DNA from: Eledone cirrhosa
Taxonomy: Eukaryota
Direction: 5' to 3'
Assembly: GCA_964016885.1 (NCBI GenBank)
Contig: OZ024741.1
Span: 208,444,001 to 208,508,000 of the forward strand
DNA: 64,000 nucleotides
The notes under the pieces were generated by a model. The model ran no database searches and was not told the DNA's origin. It saw nothing but the letters and a program-made list of their open reading frames with translations. Each line of letters begins with the position of its first letter. Positions within the stretch are counted from its first letter, which is position 1. A program made the translations under genes and the position numbers. Of the stretch, positions 1 to 11,466 are shown piece after piece.

Positions 1-251
1 CTTTTTTAAACTTCACTCCACCATCTACATTCCACTATCAATATAGCAATCCCTTTTCCTCATAGGTTCTTCATAGTAATTCTATTTTTAACACCATTCA
101 ACCATTCCTTTCAAAGGGTCATGACCTCAACTAAAGTGAGTTATATTTCATCTTAACATCATATGGCAAAAAACCATTTGATTGGTTTGTTCTTCAGCTA
201 CCTCCAAATAAGGTCATAGAACTCAATTTACTATTGATTTTGAATAAAATT

Positions 252-397
252 TTCATTGCTTTTGACAACGGCTGATGATATACACGTAGGTAAATATATT
301 CCTTATTTGATATTGTGTAACTAACCCTACATAGATCGATAACGAAATATGCGTACGATGTATTATTATCACCTGGAAACGATCGTAAAGCAGTGAA
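252..397 (+). ncRNA. Degenerate type I hammerhead ribozyme with extended stem II (PLE pLTR-type)
   Basis: Stem I ttcattgctt/aagcagtgaa (10 bp, one G-U). Core TTGACAA versus consensus CTGANGA. Long stem II (cgg-tgatgata-taca-cgta / tacg-tgta-tattatca-ctg), then GAAA, palindromic stem III acgatcgt and GUA triplet. Confidence 0.6.
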
Positions 398-432
398 GTA
401 TATTTCTAATGACTTGAATTTTTATTTCATTG

Positions 433-437
<5 letters not shown>

Positions 438-528
<91 letters not shown>
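438..528. repeat. (TA)n microsatellite
   Basis: Pure TA run. Many others occur, e.g. ~3830-3960, ~13985-14172, ~14590-14728, ~16584-16677. Confidence 0.98.
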
Positions 529-531
<3 letters not shown>

Positions 532-554
532 GGGAGGCTGCAAGTATGTGAGTA

Positions 555-830
555 TGTGTGTGGTTAGAGATTTGACCTCACAATTGTGAGATTGTGAGAT
601 CGATTCCCGGTCTGGGCGATCTTTTGTGTCCTTGATCAAAACACTTTCACGTTGCTCCAGTTCTGTAGAAATGAATTACGTCGCTGGTGCCAATTTGTAT
701 CGAACTTTGCCTTTTCTTCGGACAACATCAGTGGTGTGGAGAAAGAAGACTGGTATGCATCGGAGAATGCTAACCTTCCTAAAAAACGCCTGGCCATGGA
801 CTGTGCCTCTAAATGAATCTTTCTAGGTGC
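555..830 (+). mobile_element. tRNA-derived SINE
   Basis: A-box-like gtggttaga and B-box-like gatcgattcc, followed by tgtgtccttgatcaaaacactttcacgttgctccag, similar to the SINEs at 14730 and 33765. Confidence 0.7.
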
Positions 831-859
831 AAAATAATGTATTTCATACTATATTATAA

Positions 860-2345
860 AATACAAGGAAACCTGGCGTATATCTTACGGTACTCGGAGT
901 TTACTGGAGTTTTCACTCCGTTCTTCAGTCTTCTACAATTGTATTAATTATTTCCATTTCCTGCTATTATTAACCACACATATGTGTGCTGTTTTCGATG
1001 TAACTTTTCCAGTTCCATGTCGTTATGTCAATATTTCTTTGTTTTTTTTCTTTTTCTTCGTCCAACGTCCGTTGTGTTTCTTCCTGAATAGCTATCGGAA
1101 AATAGTTATTAATGCACTGTGGTGAATAGTCCTGTCTTTAATATATTCGGAACTATAATGATCTACAAAAGACAGCCGATGAGTGGGAATTGTTCTTTAG
1201 TTTGTGTCTTCCGTGTTTTCACCCACGTTTTCCAATTTACATCGTCAGCGGGCGGGAAGGTGCTCGTTGTTGGCGTCAACCGAGGAGTAATTTGCGGTGC
1301 TCCAGCGGTAACGAACGTCTTCTCTCGTGGGTCCGGTCGGGCGGCGGCGGCAGCGGCGGTCTGGAAAGGCAATTCTCCTGCTGCTACGGAAGCGCAATCA
1401 AAAGGCGGAACACGAAAGGCGGCTAGTCGTCGAGCGAACGAAAACCAAAGGAAAAAAAAAAAGAGGCGAGGAGAAGACGGCGCGAGGCGTTCGGCGAAAA
1501 GGCTACATACTTTTACGCCGCCCGGGCGGGAAGGCGCTCGTTGTTGGCGTCAACCGAGGAGTAATTTGCGGTGCTCCAGCGGTAACGAACGTCTCCTCTC
1601 GTGGGTCCGGTCGGGCGGCGGCGGCGGTCTTTAAAGGCAATAATTCGTCGATGGCGGCGGGTACGGGCTGTAACGTGCGGGCGAGGCGCGGACGAGGACG
1701 CCGACGCATATAGGGTATCCGAGCACGCCTAACCCGTAACCTACGCAGAAAACCAAAATCTGCAACGGCTAGTACCCTTCCGTTCACTGAGTTCGTCCGA
1801 CCGAGATTACCCTATACAGTAGACAGGACCCCCTGGCCGCGCTGCATCCACCGCAATCGTCGCTAATCCCCCGAGGGCGATCCGCCGGTCACAGGTCGGC
1901 TGCGGAACCGCCTAGACGGCGGGTTGGCTTCGGTCCCGCTGTGCAATTTGACCAATATAACATTTGCTGTTTTGTAAACTAACTTTCGGTGAATACTATG
2001 TTGGTATATTTATATTTTTTCTCTGACCTCGCGTCTGACCGACTGTAATTCTACAGATTTGATTGATGCCCAGCGTCTTTTACAGCTATTGGGAGATGAT
2101 AGAGACTTGATAGTTTTATTACCCTAACTGAGGACGATAGCAGTCGCCGTGTTTTGACTGCTTGATCTTCATATGAGGGACTAAACTCTATGAGTGAACA
2201 TCGTTAATTTTCTCCCTCATATCAAGGATTTGAAGACAATTCGTTTTCACCTGACGAGATCAGTGATAATCGTTCATTGATCTATCTCTTATTGAAACAT
2301 GTGTCATGATTAAAATGATTGGAAATTTATACCATGCCTTCGGAT
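860..2345. mobile_element. CpG-rich non-coding element, probably PLE-derived, with an internal ~110-bp direct repeat and degenerate HHR-like motifs near both ends
   Basis: Direct repeat 1249-1362 / 1523-1630. Minus-strand ctgaaga..ggagt-gaaa-actcc near 888-932. Plus-strand ctgacga..gaaacatgtgtc at ~2247-2310. Confidence 0.4.
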
Positions 2346-2418
2346 CTTTATTTTGTTATATATATATATTTGTGTGTGTGTATGTATATGTGAGTGAACA
2401 TATCTCTCTCAATTAATC

Positions 2419-2419
<1 letters not shown>

Positions 2420-2458
<39 letters not shown>

Positions 2459-3025
2459 TTCTTTCTTTCTCTCTCTCTCTCTCCCTTCAGGAGCTAAACC
2501 AAACCAAACGTAAGCAAATGCAAACCTTAATACTATAATAAACCCAATTAACCAGACACAGACAGTACAATTCATTACATTCAAGCAAGTACTTTCACTC
2601 CATCACCCAGCAAACATAACCATATGTAAACATACTCACACATGCACACAAAATCATCGCTCTGCAGATAATACAAAGCCACCAACACACGCGGAGACAC
2701 ATATATACACACTCATCCGACACACATGTGAAAATATACAGGCACACACAGACACACAGACACACACACACACACAACCGTACACATTCACATACATAGA
2801 AACAATAGAAAGAAGCCCTATACACATGCGTGCACACACACACCAATGCGCACTCACATGCACACAAAAAAGAACTCACAGACATAGACACTCACCAGTG
2901 CTCAATATAAGACGCTGAGACACCCATGTGTTCACACACACACACACACATACATACACACACTTTTACATACACACATCACACACACAGACGCACACAC
3001 ACACACACGTCCACACACACACACA
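2420..3025. repeat. (CT)n and degenerate (CA)n microsatellites
   Basis: Low-complexity CT and CA runs. Confidence 0.9.
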
Positions 3026-3825
3026 GGCACGCAGACTGAAGAAATGCACACCTACCAATTTCATCCCTTCGGCACACACACAACCACACTTCGGACCCAA
3101 CTCCCATACGCCGGACCTCGCACCTACAACCCCCAACCTATCAATATCCTCCCAACACCCTTTTCCTAACTTTCACACACTATTTTCACACACTACTTTC
3201 ATGTAATACTTGTTCTCTCCTTATTCGAACTTTCCAGATAAAGGAATTTCATCCGAAACATAAAACCCTCCTCCACTTAATATTTACGGATCTTGAAGTA
3301 TTGATAATTTCGAGAATGTTCCAATGCCTATCCTTGTTTTAAATTAAATAGTTGCCAATATTTGCTGATCCTTGTATTACTATTTTCTTGAACATACCTA
3401 TGTCCATCCTTATAGGTAATCTGTTGTGCATCATTCCAATTTTACTAACTTCAGATGAGATGACAAACACATCCCTTAATTACAATATCGTCTTAAATTC
3501 TATAGTTAATAAAAATAACAGATATCAGTATTGTATTTTCTGTAAAATATCCCCCAGATAACAGATACCAGTATTCTATTTTCTGTAAAATACCCCCAAA
3601 AGAAATAAAAGGTCACGTTGACCTCCGTGGTATTGGAATTCTGAACGTAAAGTGACGTAATTAAATACAAAACTGTTTAGTCTAACAATCTATTTTTTTT
3701 ACTCCCCTGACAATAATAATATCAGCACCAACATTGTTAACAAAGGCGGCAAATGCAAAAGCTACAAAAAAGCAATCATAATAGTGATAATAATAATCCA
3801 CCATCAGTAAATGATATAATCACCT

Positions 3826-3925
<100 letters not shown>

Positions 3926-4427
3926 TACATATAAACATATATATATATATATATATATATAATATTTGTGTGTGTGTGTGTACATATTGATACGTACAGA
4001 TACACACGTAAGAGAGAGAAGAGAGAATAGACGTGTGAAAAAAATCACTTTATGTCTAATAACAGAAATCAATATACACATAATCCACATGCACAGAAGC
4101 ACGGACGCACAAACGCCGAGGCAAACACAGAGAGGCACAAACACACAGACGCACAGGCACACACACGGAGGCACAAACTCACAAGTACACACAGTGAGTC
4201 ACAGACGCACAAGCATACACAGTGAGGCACAGACACACAGTCAGTCATCACAAGCGTATTTTTCACATCTCTCCTTATTGTCAAAATGGTTGCTGTTCAT
4301 TTGATTGTGTTCGATATATGACGTCATTGGCGAGAAAGAGAGAGTGGGGGTAGATAGGGATTAAGGGACATGAAAGGTGTTGAGAAAGAGGGTAACTACC
4401 CGTTTGGAGACAAAACATCATTAAGAT

Positions 4428-5066
4428 TACCACCGTCTCCACCATTTACCCTGCACCACCACAATCAGCAACACTGTTACTACGAATGCCATCAACACCG
4501 CCATCGTGATTACCACGATTGCACAACATCCCCGCCATATCCATCACCATCACTACCACCACCATCATTCCCGCACCAACACCATCATCAACACTGTCAC
4601 TACTAACGCCGTCAACACCGCCATCATTAATACACAAACACTTATCATCACGATTGCACAAAAACCCACGCCATCACCATCATCCCCACTATCGTTACCA
4701 CCAACATCAGCACCACTATCATCATTACACCCCCACTGACAACTACGATTGCACAATCCCCCTCCACCACCACCAACACCACCATCATAAAAAATCACTA
4801 TCATCACCATCAACTCCGCCATCCTTATTGCACCCAACTTGCCACCACCAACACCACCATGTCCACTACCATCAACACCACCACCATCTTCATTACACCC
4901 CACTTACCACCACAACCACCACTACCACCACCACTACCACCACCACCACCACTTCACCACCACCACCATCACCATCACCATTATACCATTATAAACCCAC
5001 TTATCACCACCACCACAACCACCATCACCATCACCATTATACCCCCACTTACCACCACCACCACTG
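4428..5066. repeat. Degenerate (CAC/CAT)n low-complexity tract
   Basis: caccaccat-type repeats; the source of the poly-His/Thr/Pro ORFs in the track. Confidence 0.9.
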
Positions 5067-5239
5067 CTATCAGTGTGTGATGAAGTGATGCCATGTAAAT
5101 CACTCTAATGGAATGTCACAGAACTGTCTAAATGGTAGTTCCAACATCTTCAAACATTCCGACACAATGTTAACAGTTGTGCTGCAGTTGGTATCAGACT
5201 GAGCGTAAGATATTTGTGGGTGGTTGAGGGCTGCGCGTT

Positions 5240-5530
5240 GGAGGATAGAGAGGGGGGATGAGGGGGATTCCATTTTAGTTGAGGGTGGTGGTTGAGGGTT
5301 GTAAGGTAGAGGATAGAGAGAGGTGGTGAGGAGGTGAGAGGGGGTTCCATTTGAGTGGGGAGGGTAGGTTGAGGGTTGTGAGGTGGAAGATAGAGAGAGA
5401 GGGGTAAGAGGGAGATCCATTTTAGTTGAGCGGGGTGGTTGAAGTTTTGAGGTAGAGGATAGAGAGAGGTGGTGAGAGGGGGGGGGTCCATTTTAGTTGA
5501 GAGGGAGAGGGTAAACCATTTTGTTGAGGA
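5240..5530. repeat. Short tandem array, ~70-80 bp units
   Basis: Recurring ccattttagttgag...ggtagaggatagagagagg blocks, about 4 copies. Confidence 0.7.
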
Positions 5531-6296
5531 AGTGATTTCCTTGGAAGTGATGTCAGAGATGATGATGTTTGGTGAGTGTAGTGAGGCGAGGAAGATGGTG
5601 TAGGTCGGGAAGGGTGGGAGTGGGAATACATTTAATGCTGCAATATCATATTTATAAGAATAAATTATACAAAGCCTTCCATGACACATTTTATAGCATA
5701 CATACACAGACACATGCACATACATACACACACACATACATACATACATACATACACACACACATATATATATATATATATAAATATAAATAAGATGTTT
5801 CCATAGTTATGCAGCGAGTTCGCGGTAATTCCTATGTAGGTTATACTTGGAGTAATAATAGTGAAAGAAAGAAGACTAACATGGTTGGCTGTACAATAAG
5901 AGGCTTTATTTCAAGTACTGACAATTGTTTCATTGATCAGGTGAGTCTAGAGGTCGCAAATCGCTTGAAGTTGCGTCACTCGATCTCCAATACATCTAAT
6001 GCTGCAATATCATATTTATAAATAATATTATTTACCTCTGATCTACACATCAGAGTACGTAGATATATGTGTATATATATATATATATATAGTTTCTGAA
6101 TTTGTTTAGCAGGATTCTTTATCTGAAAACGTGTGTTGAAACCGATATTGTTATACTTTTGGAGGGTCATGTTGCCAATAAGAAATACACGCACCAGTTG
6201 CTTTCACTTCAATTTATTATAAATGAAATTTATAAATTTAGGAATTTATAAATTTCCGGTTGGTTGGTTCCACAACCAGACGATTGTTCATATATT

Positions 6297-6339
6297 GTCA
6301 AAGTTCTTTCGTCACACATTATGTGACCTCTTCAGTGAC
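6297..6339 (-). ncRNA. Minimal type I hammerhead ribozyme motif in the PLE 3' pLTR
   Basis: Minus strand reads gtca CTGAAGA g gtcaca-taatg-tgtgac GAAA gaac TT tgac: 4-bp stem I, 6-bp stem II, 2-bp stem III. Confidence 0.7.
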
Positions 6340-6534
6340 TGAGGATTCTTTTCTTTTGTGCCTCTCTTTGTTCTGTCCTACGCCATCTTGTTTTTGTGTG
6401 TGTTGTGTGCTTAGTTTGCGCATGTGTTGCATCCGGGTGTCTGTGTGTGTTTATATTTGTTTATTTATTTGTTTATTTACATGTTACTGGTTGGTTGTTT
6501 GTTCTATGTGTGTGTGTGTGTTTTCATTTTGTCC

Positions 6535-7602
6535 TTAATTGTAAGTTGTGATGTTGCTATTCCATTCAGGCTTTCTATTTAATTTTGGTTGGAGTTCATT
6601 TATGTTTATTGCCTCTGTGATTTGTCTAAACATTGCGTCTTTTCTGTGTGTAGATTTTATTTTTATTTCTATGTTCTCTAATTTGCCCTTATGTTCTATT
6701 TTAGCATGTTCGTGGAGTATTGAGGATTCTTTTTTATCTTGAAACTCTCGCCAGTGTTCATTTAACCGTTCTCCTACACTACGAGCTGTCTCACCTATGT
6801 ACACTATATTCTTATCTCTACATTGTCCTTCAGTACATCTTATGCTATATACTACATTTCTAGTTTTACAGTTAATGTGGGGGCTTAGTTTACAGATTAT
6901 ACATTTCTTAACTATACAGGGAGGTCTTTGAAAAGGGTATGTATTGCTAATAAGTGTTTTTATAGAGGTACCTGGGCTTTCTACTATCTTAATATTGAGT
7001 TTATGTTTACCTAAGGCCCTTCTGAATTTGTAAGCTAATTCCCCTCTAGGGGTTGTATTGATGAACATTACACTCTGGTATTTATTGCTATCATACCATG
7101 AGTTTATTCTATTAACTTTATTCCTAGTTCTTTCTATTCTATTCCAAAATGTGTTACTATACAAGGGGCAGGTCCCATTTGTATCATTATTATCATTGTG
7201 TGTTATTTCCCATTTGGTTCTGGCTCCTCTATATACTCTGATCTTATCTCTCTGATTGTAACCAGAGAACTGCATACAGTGGATGAAGTGTTGTATGTGT
7301 CTCTCTAGTTCTTTGGGGTTGCACATGCGGGACACGTTTCTCATCACCTGTACCAAATCCGCAATCAGTATGTTGATTTTGGTGTGGTCCGAAAGAGCTG
7401 AGTTTCGGTGGATCAGATATTTGGAAGTGATGGGTTTGGCGTAATGGGAATGGAGGATCTGTTTTTTGTTATTGATATTATCTAACCAGAACTCTGGGTC
7501 TAGTACAGGTAATCGATGGTTGGGATGTTTGCTTGGGTAGTCTATAGTAATTCTAATACTCTGGTGGATGGAGTTAGCTATTTGCTGCTGGATGCTTTCC
7601 AT
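6535..7602 (-). pseudogene. PLE polyprotein C-terminal part: RT thumb, Cys-rich linker, GIY-YIG endonuclease
   Basis: LPVLD; HYAKP..IHRNSA; CIVKKCIIC..C; VVYSIRC..C..YIGETARSVGERLNEH; RQITEAINI..PKLNRKPEW. Confidence 0.9.
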
Positions 7603-9199
7603 GGTGTTTTTCTCTAATTCCTGACTGTTCTCTAGTGTGTGTGTGGGGGGGGGGGGGGGCTACTACGATGTTTATAACATCAACGTAGCGGGAGTACATT
7701 ATCAGGGTTAAGAGGTTGCTGTCTTCTAATTGTTCTTTAAGTTTAAGTTTAAGTCTATTGTCCCACCATACCATGAATAGGTTAACTATGTCACCGGCAA
7801 AGCTAACACCAATGGCTGCTCCCTCCTCTTGGGCATATGTTTTTCCATTAAATTTGAACATATGTTCCTTAAGGGTTAATTTTATACTGGCCCCCACCGC
7901 ATGTGCAATCATTTTCTTTAGTTCATCGTGGTTTTCGGGGATCCGTATGGCACTGGTCCACCCGTTCCAGCTTTCTGTGTGGGTTTTCTTGGCCATTGAG
8001 GTAATGGTAGGTGGTCTGCCTCTTGCTGGTCTTGTAGGGCACAGGTTGCTAAGGTCATATGTATCTAGATAATCATTACTATAGGTAAGTTTAAGTAGGA
8101 GTCCCAGCTCACTGGTATCAATCCCACGGAATTCAAAATTGCTCTCACTGATAATTTCTACGCATTTCTCCACAGCAAAATTCACGTCAACAGATGGATA
8201 TAGGGACACAACATCCATACTGCCTATTATGCAGTTTGTTAGGTCCCTAGATCGGTTACCTTCGCTGATTCTGCTGAGGAGGTCCTCCGTGCTGTCACAT
8301 ATATCTGGGGACATTTCAATGATGGGGCGTATGATCAGGGAAAGGAAGTAGGAAAGTATGTAGTTACTAGCAATGTTAGCTCCACAGACTAGCCGTGTTG
8401 GTGGTCCTGTGACAGGGTCACTGCTCGTTTTATGGTCTTTTCGAAGCCCATACAACGCTGGCACGTCATTGTTCCAGGCCTGGAAGTTATTGGCAGTCCA
8501 TTTGTTGGGCTGCATTATGTTTGTCCACATCATCATATGGGCATTGAGGGTTTTTTCCCTATCCTCATGCTCTTGTGGTGTTACTTCTCTCGTGTTAGTG
8601 ATGTGGGGTTGCATTACCTGGATGTAGTTTGACAGACTGTAAACCGACATTCTACCAGACTTGTCTGTTGGAAAGCATGCAATCTCTCCATTACGCGAGC
8701 GCTGCATGAGCTTACGCAAGCCATTTGCAGATTTTTCTCCCAGTTGCTGAGCCTCGATTCTATTTTGCTTCTTACTATACTGTTCTATAATGTTTCTAAG
8801 TTTAGATCTAGCTATACTAAATTGTGCTTCTGTTTGTTCATCGACCTGCGACCGCAATTGCGTGCGTTTGTTAAAAGCTAAAGTCGTGGCGTGGACTCCT
8901 CGCTGGTCGAAAGACTTATCGGAAGGATTATAAAAAGTAGAGTTCCAGGCTGCTGCTTTATGTGTACTATTGCTATTGTTATTGTTAATTGTGTTTTTTC
9001 TATTTCTATTTCCACCAACAGCCTCATGGTTGTTTCTATGTCTCTCATTATTACTCCTGTCTCCTTCCTCTGGCTCATTGTTATTATCTACTCTATTTTG
9101 TGTGTCTGTGTGTTCGTCCTGGTTATTTTCTCTGTCAGTATTGATAGTCTCCCTTCTCCTTTCAATCCTATTACCTTCCCTTATTTCTGTTACTGTCAT
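7574..9199 (-). pseudogene. PLE reverse transcriptase (frameshifted at G-run 7645-7659)
   Basis: TDKSG; LYGLRKDHK; SMDVVSLYPS; EGAAIG; catalytic motif reads RYVDV, having lost the second Asp of YVDD. Confidence 0.9.
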
Positions 9200-9508
9200 T
9201 ATCTGTTTTCTGTGTCTGTGTGTTTGTTAAGATTGTGGTGGTGGTGAGAGGCATAGAATGTGTGTGTGTTGTTGTTGTTTTCTCCGTGTATGTTATTATT
9301 GTTGTGTGTGTTGTTATTGTTGTTTGTGTCTGTGTGTCTGTTGTTGTTGGGATGTGTGTTGTATGAGTATGTGTGTGTGTGTGTGCATGTTACTTTTGTT
9401 TTTGTTTTTGTTTTTGAGGCTCCAACGTAATTTTGTAAATGATTTTTTTATTTCTGACAAGCATTTTATTGTATTGAAGTTTATTTGAAGCATTGTGGAA
9501 TAATAAGA

Positions 9509-10122
9509 TATATTTCTTTAGGTCGTTTTGGAAGCCTCAACAATGCAGATGGGTAAATCTCCGGGTAACAAGATCCGGTGGTGGAGAGAGAGATGTAAGT
9601 GAATGTAGGTTGATATGTGTAGTGTGTAGAAGAATGTAGGAAAGAGCGTAAAGGATAACAATAATAATAACACGAGATAGAGTTACCTTGGGAGAGATTT
9701 AATTGTGCCTATTTATTTCGGATTCACATCCATCAACTGGGAGGTTTTCCGGAGGGGGGGGGGGGGTTCTGTCGGAAAGGTGCGAAACGTGTCCTCCGCT
9801 GTTCGTTGTTTTGAATATTCAAAACAACGAACAGCGGAGGACACGTTTCGCACCTTTCCGACAGAACCCCCTCCCCGGACCCCCCCCCCCCCAGTTGATG
9901 GATGTGAATCCGAAATATATAGGGACAATTAAATCTCTCCCAAGGTAACTCTATCTCGTGTTATTATTATTATTATCCTTTACGCTCTTTCCTACACTCT
10001 TCTACACACTACACATCTCAACCTACATTCACTTACATCTCTCTCTCCACCACCGGATCTTGTTACCCGGAGATTTACCTATCTGCATTGTTGAGGCTTC
10101 CAAAACGACCTAAAGAAATATA
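9509..10122. repeat. ~614-bp near-perfect palindrome with no spacer, centre 9816/9817
   Basis: Centre ...gttttgaat|attcaaaac...; arms run out to tatatttctttagg / cctaaagaaatata with a few substitutions and different G/C run lengths. Confidence 0.95.
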
Positions 10123-10447
10123 CCATATATATATATATATATATCATCATCATCATCATCATCATCGTTTTACGTCCGTTCTTCCACGCTAGCATGGGTT
10201 AGACGGGTTGTCCTGTTGTGGGCAGTGTCTGGTCGGCTGACCATGCCTTGCTCATACAGGAACTGATTTGGCATTATTTTTACAGCTGGATGCCCTTCCT
10301 AACACCAACCTCATCTACAGTAAGTGCTGGGTGCTTTTTCGTGGCGCCTACACGTCCACTTTACAGTGTGGGCTGGGTGCTTTTTTGCCGTGGCACCTCC
10401 ACGACCACCTTGCGGTGGGGGGTGTGGGGGCATATTGTCTATATGCT

Positions 10448-11380
10448 TCAGCTTGTACCCATGGGAGGTCGGGTACTCTGTATTACTGCGTGACGCCAGA
10501 AGTCACGGTCATGTGTCATTGCCTTTGAGAGGTGTAATTGGGTAAGGTCGGCTTTTATCACCTCATCCCAGGTCATCTTGGGTCTCCCCACTCCGCGGTT
10601 TCCATCAACTTCTAGTGCTCTGCACCTTTTTATGCAGCTGCCATCCTTCATACGCATCACATGTCCATACCAGCGCAACCGCCTCTCCTGCACACAGCAT
10701 TTGATTCCTCTTATGCGTAGTCTCTCTCTCAATTCATTTATGCTTTGTCGTTCACGTATATTACTGTTACACATCCATCGGAGCATGCAGGCTTCGTTTC
10801 TCCCTAATCTACGTAAGTCTTCCACCTTCAGCGCCCAGGTCTCACTACCATGCAACATTGCTGTTCAGATACACGCATCATACAGTCTGACTTTCATTCT
10901 GAGGGAGAAGCCTTTTGCAGCTAGCAGTGGTAGTAGTTCCCTAAACTTCTTCCATCCCGTTCTTACCCTAGTTATTGTACTTTCTGAACACCCACCTCCG
11001 CTGCTAATTCGGTCACCTAGGTAGCAGAAGCTGTCTACTGTTTCTACAGAGCCCTCCCAGAGATTGATGGTACTTGTTTCCTGTGGCTGTTTGCTGCTTG
11101 CTGTCTCAGCACAGCTGCTGCATGTGAAGCCTACATTCTTAGTTAAGCTTCCTGAGATCCCACTACATCTCTTGTGTACCCATTGTTTGCATTTGGGGCA
11201 GAGAATGGAGTTCCTACCTACACCTTTCCTACATACTGAGCAAGGCCATTTCCCTGAGGGGATCTGGGTTCTGTTTTCTCGTCTACTTACAAGGACCTTA
11301 GTCTTTGTCATGTTGAATTTGAGACCCTTTCTTTCTAGTCCCTGCTTCCAGGTTTGGAATTTATTCTCTAGTTCTACCAT
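10448..11380 (-). pseudogene. RTE ORF C-terminal part with PHD-like Cys/His insert
   Basis: WPCSVCRKGVGRNSILCPKCKQWVHKRCSG..FTCSSC; FCYLG; LHGSETW; RLRWYGHVMR. Confidence 0.85.
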
Positions 11381-11466
11381 AGATTCAGCTATGAGTGCGA
11401 GGTCATCAGCATACAGGAGTTCCCATCGGCATCCGGTTTTAAACTCCTCCGTTATTGCCTGCAGGA

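Larger units (their letters stand above)
6090..10122 (-). mobile_element. Penelope-like retroelement (RT + C-terminal GIY-YIG), near complete, with inverted 5' duplication, flanked by (TA)n
   Basis: RT and GIY-YIG ORFs, an HHR motif 3' of the ORF, and a palindrome at the 5' end. Confidence 0.9.

Noticed and set aside
272-355. Apparent second, nested hammerhead (CTGATGA..CGAAA)
   Set aside because: The CTGATGA pairs within stem II of the outer motif and has no matching stem I.
427-639. YIYIYI, CVCV, HTHT, poly-I/L/N ORFs throughout the track
   Set aside because: They are translations of microsatellites, not genes.
1119-1787. Arg/Ala-rich ORFs as a host gene
   Set aside because: Open frames on both strands reflect GC richness and an internal duplication; no recognisable domain.
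3234-3265. HHR-like ccagataaaggaatttcatccgaaac
   Set aside because: Core too degenerate and no stem I or III.
4519-5088. His/Pro/Thr-rich ORFs
   Set aside because: Product of the CAC low-complexity tract; no splice or domain evidence.
7645-7659. Programmed frameshift at G/C homopolymers (also ~42576, ~43219, ~56687)
   Set aside because: The runs are not shared at the same positions among sibling copies; slippage or base-calling error is more likely.
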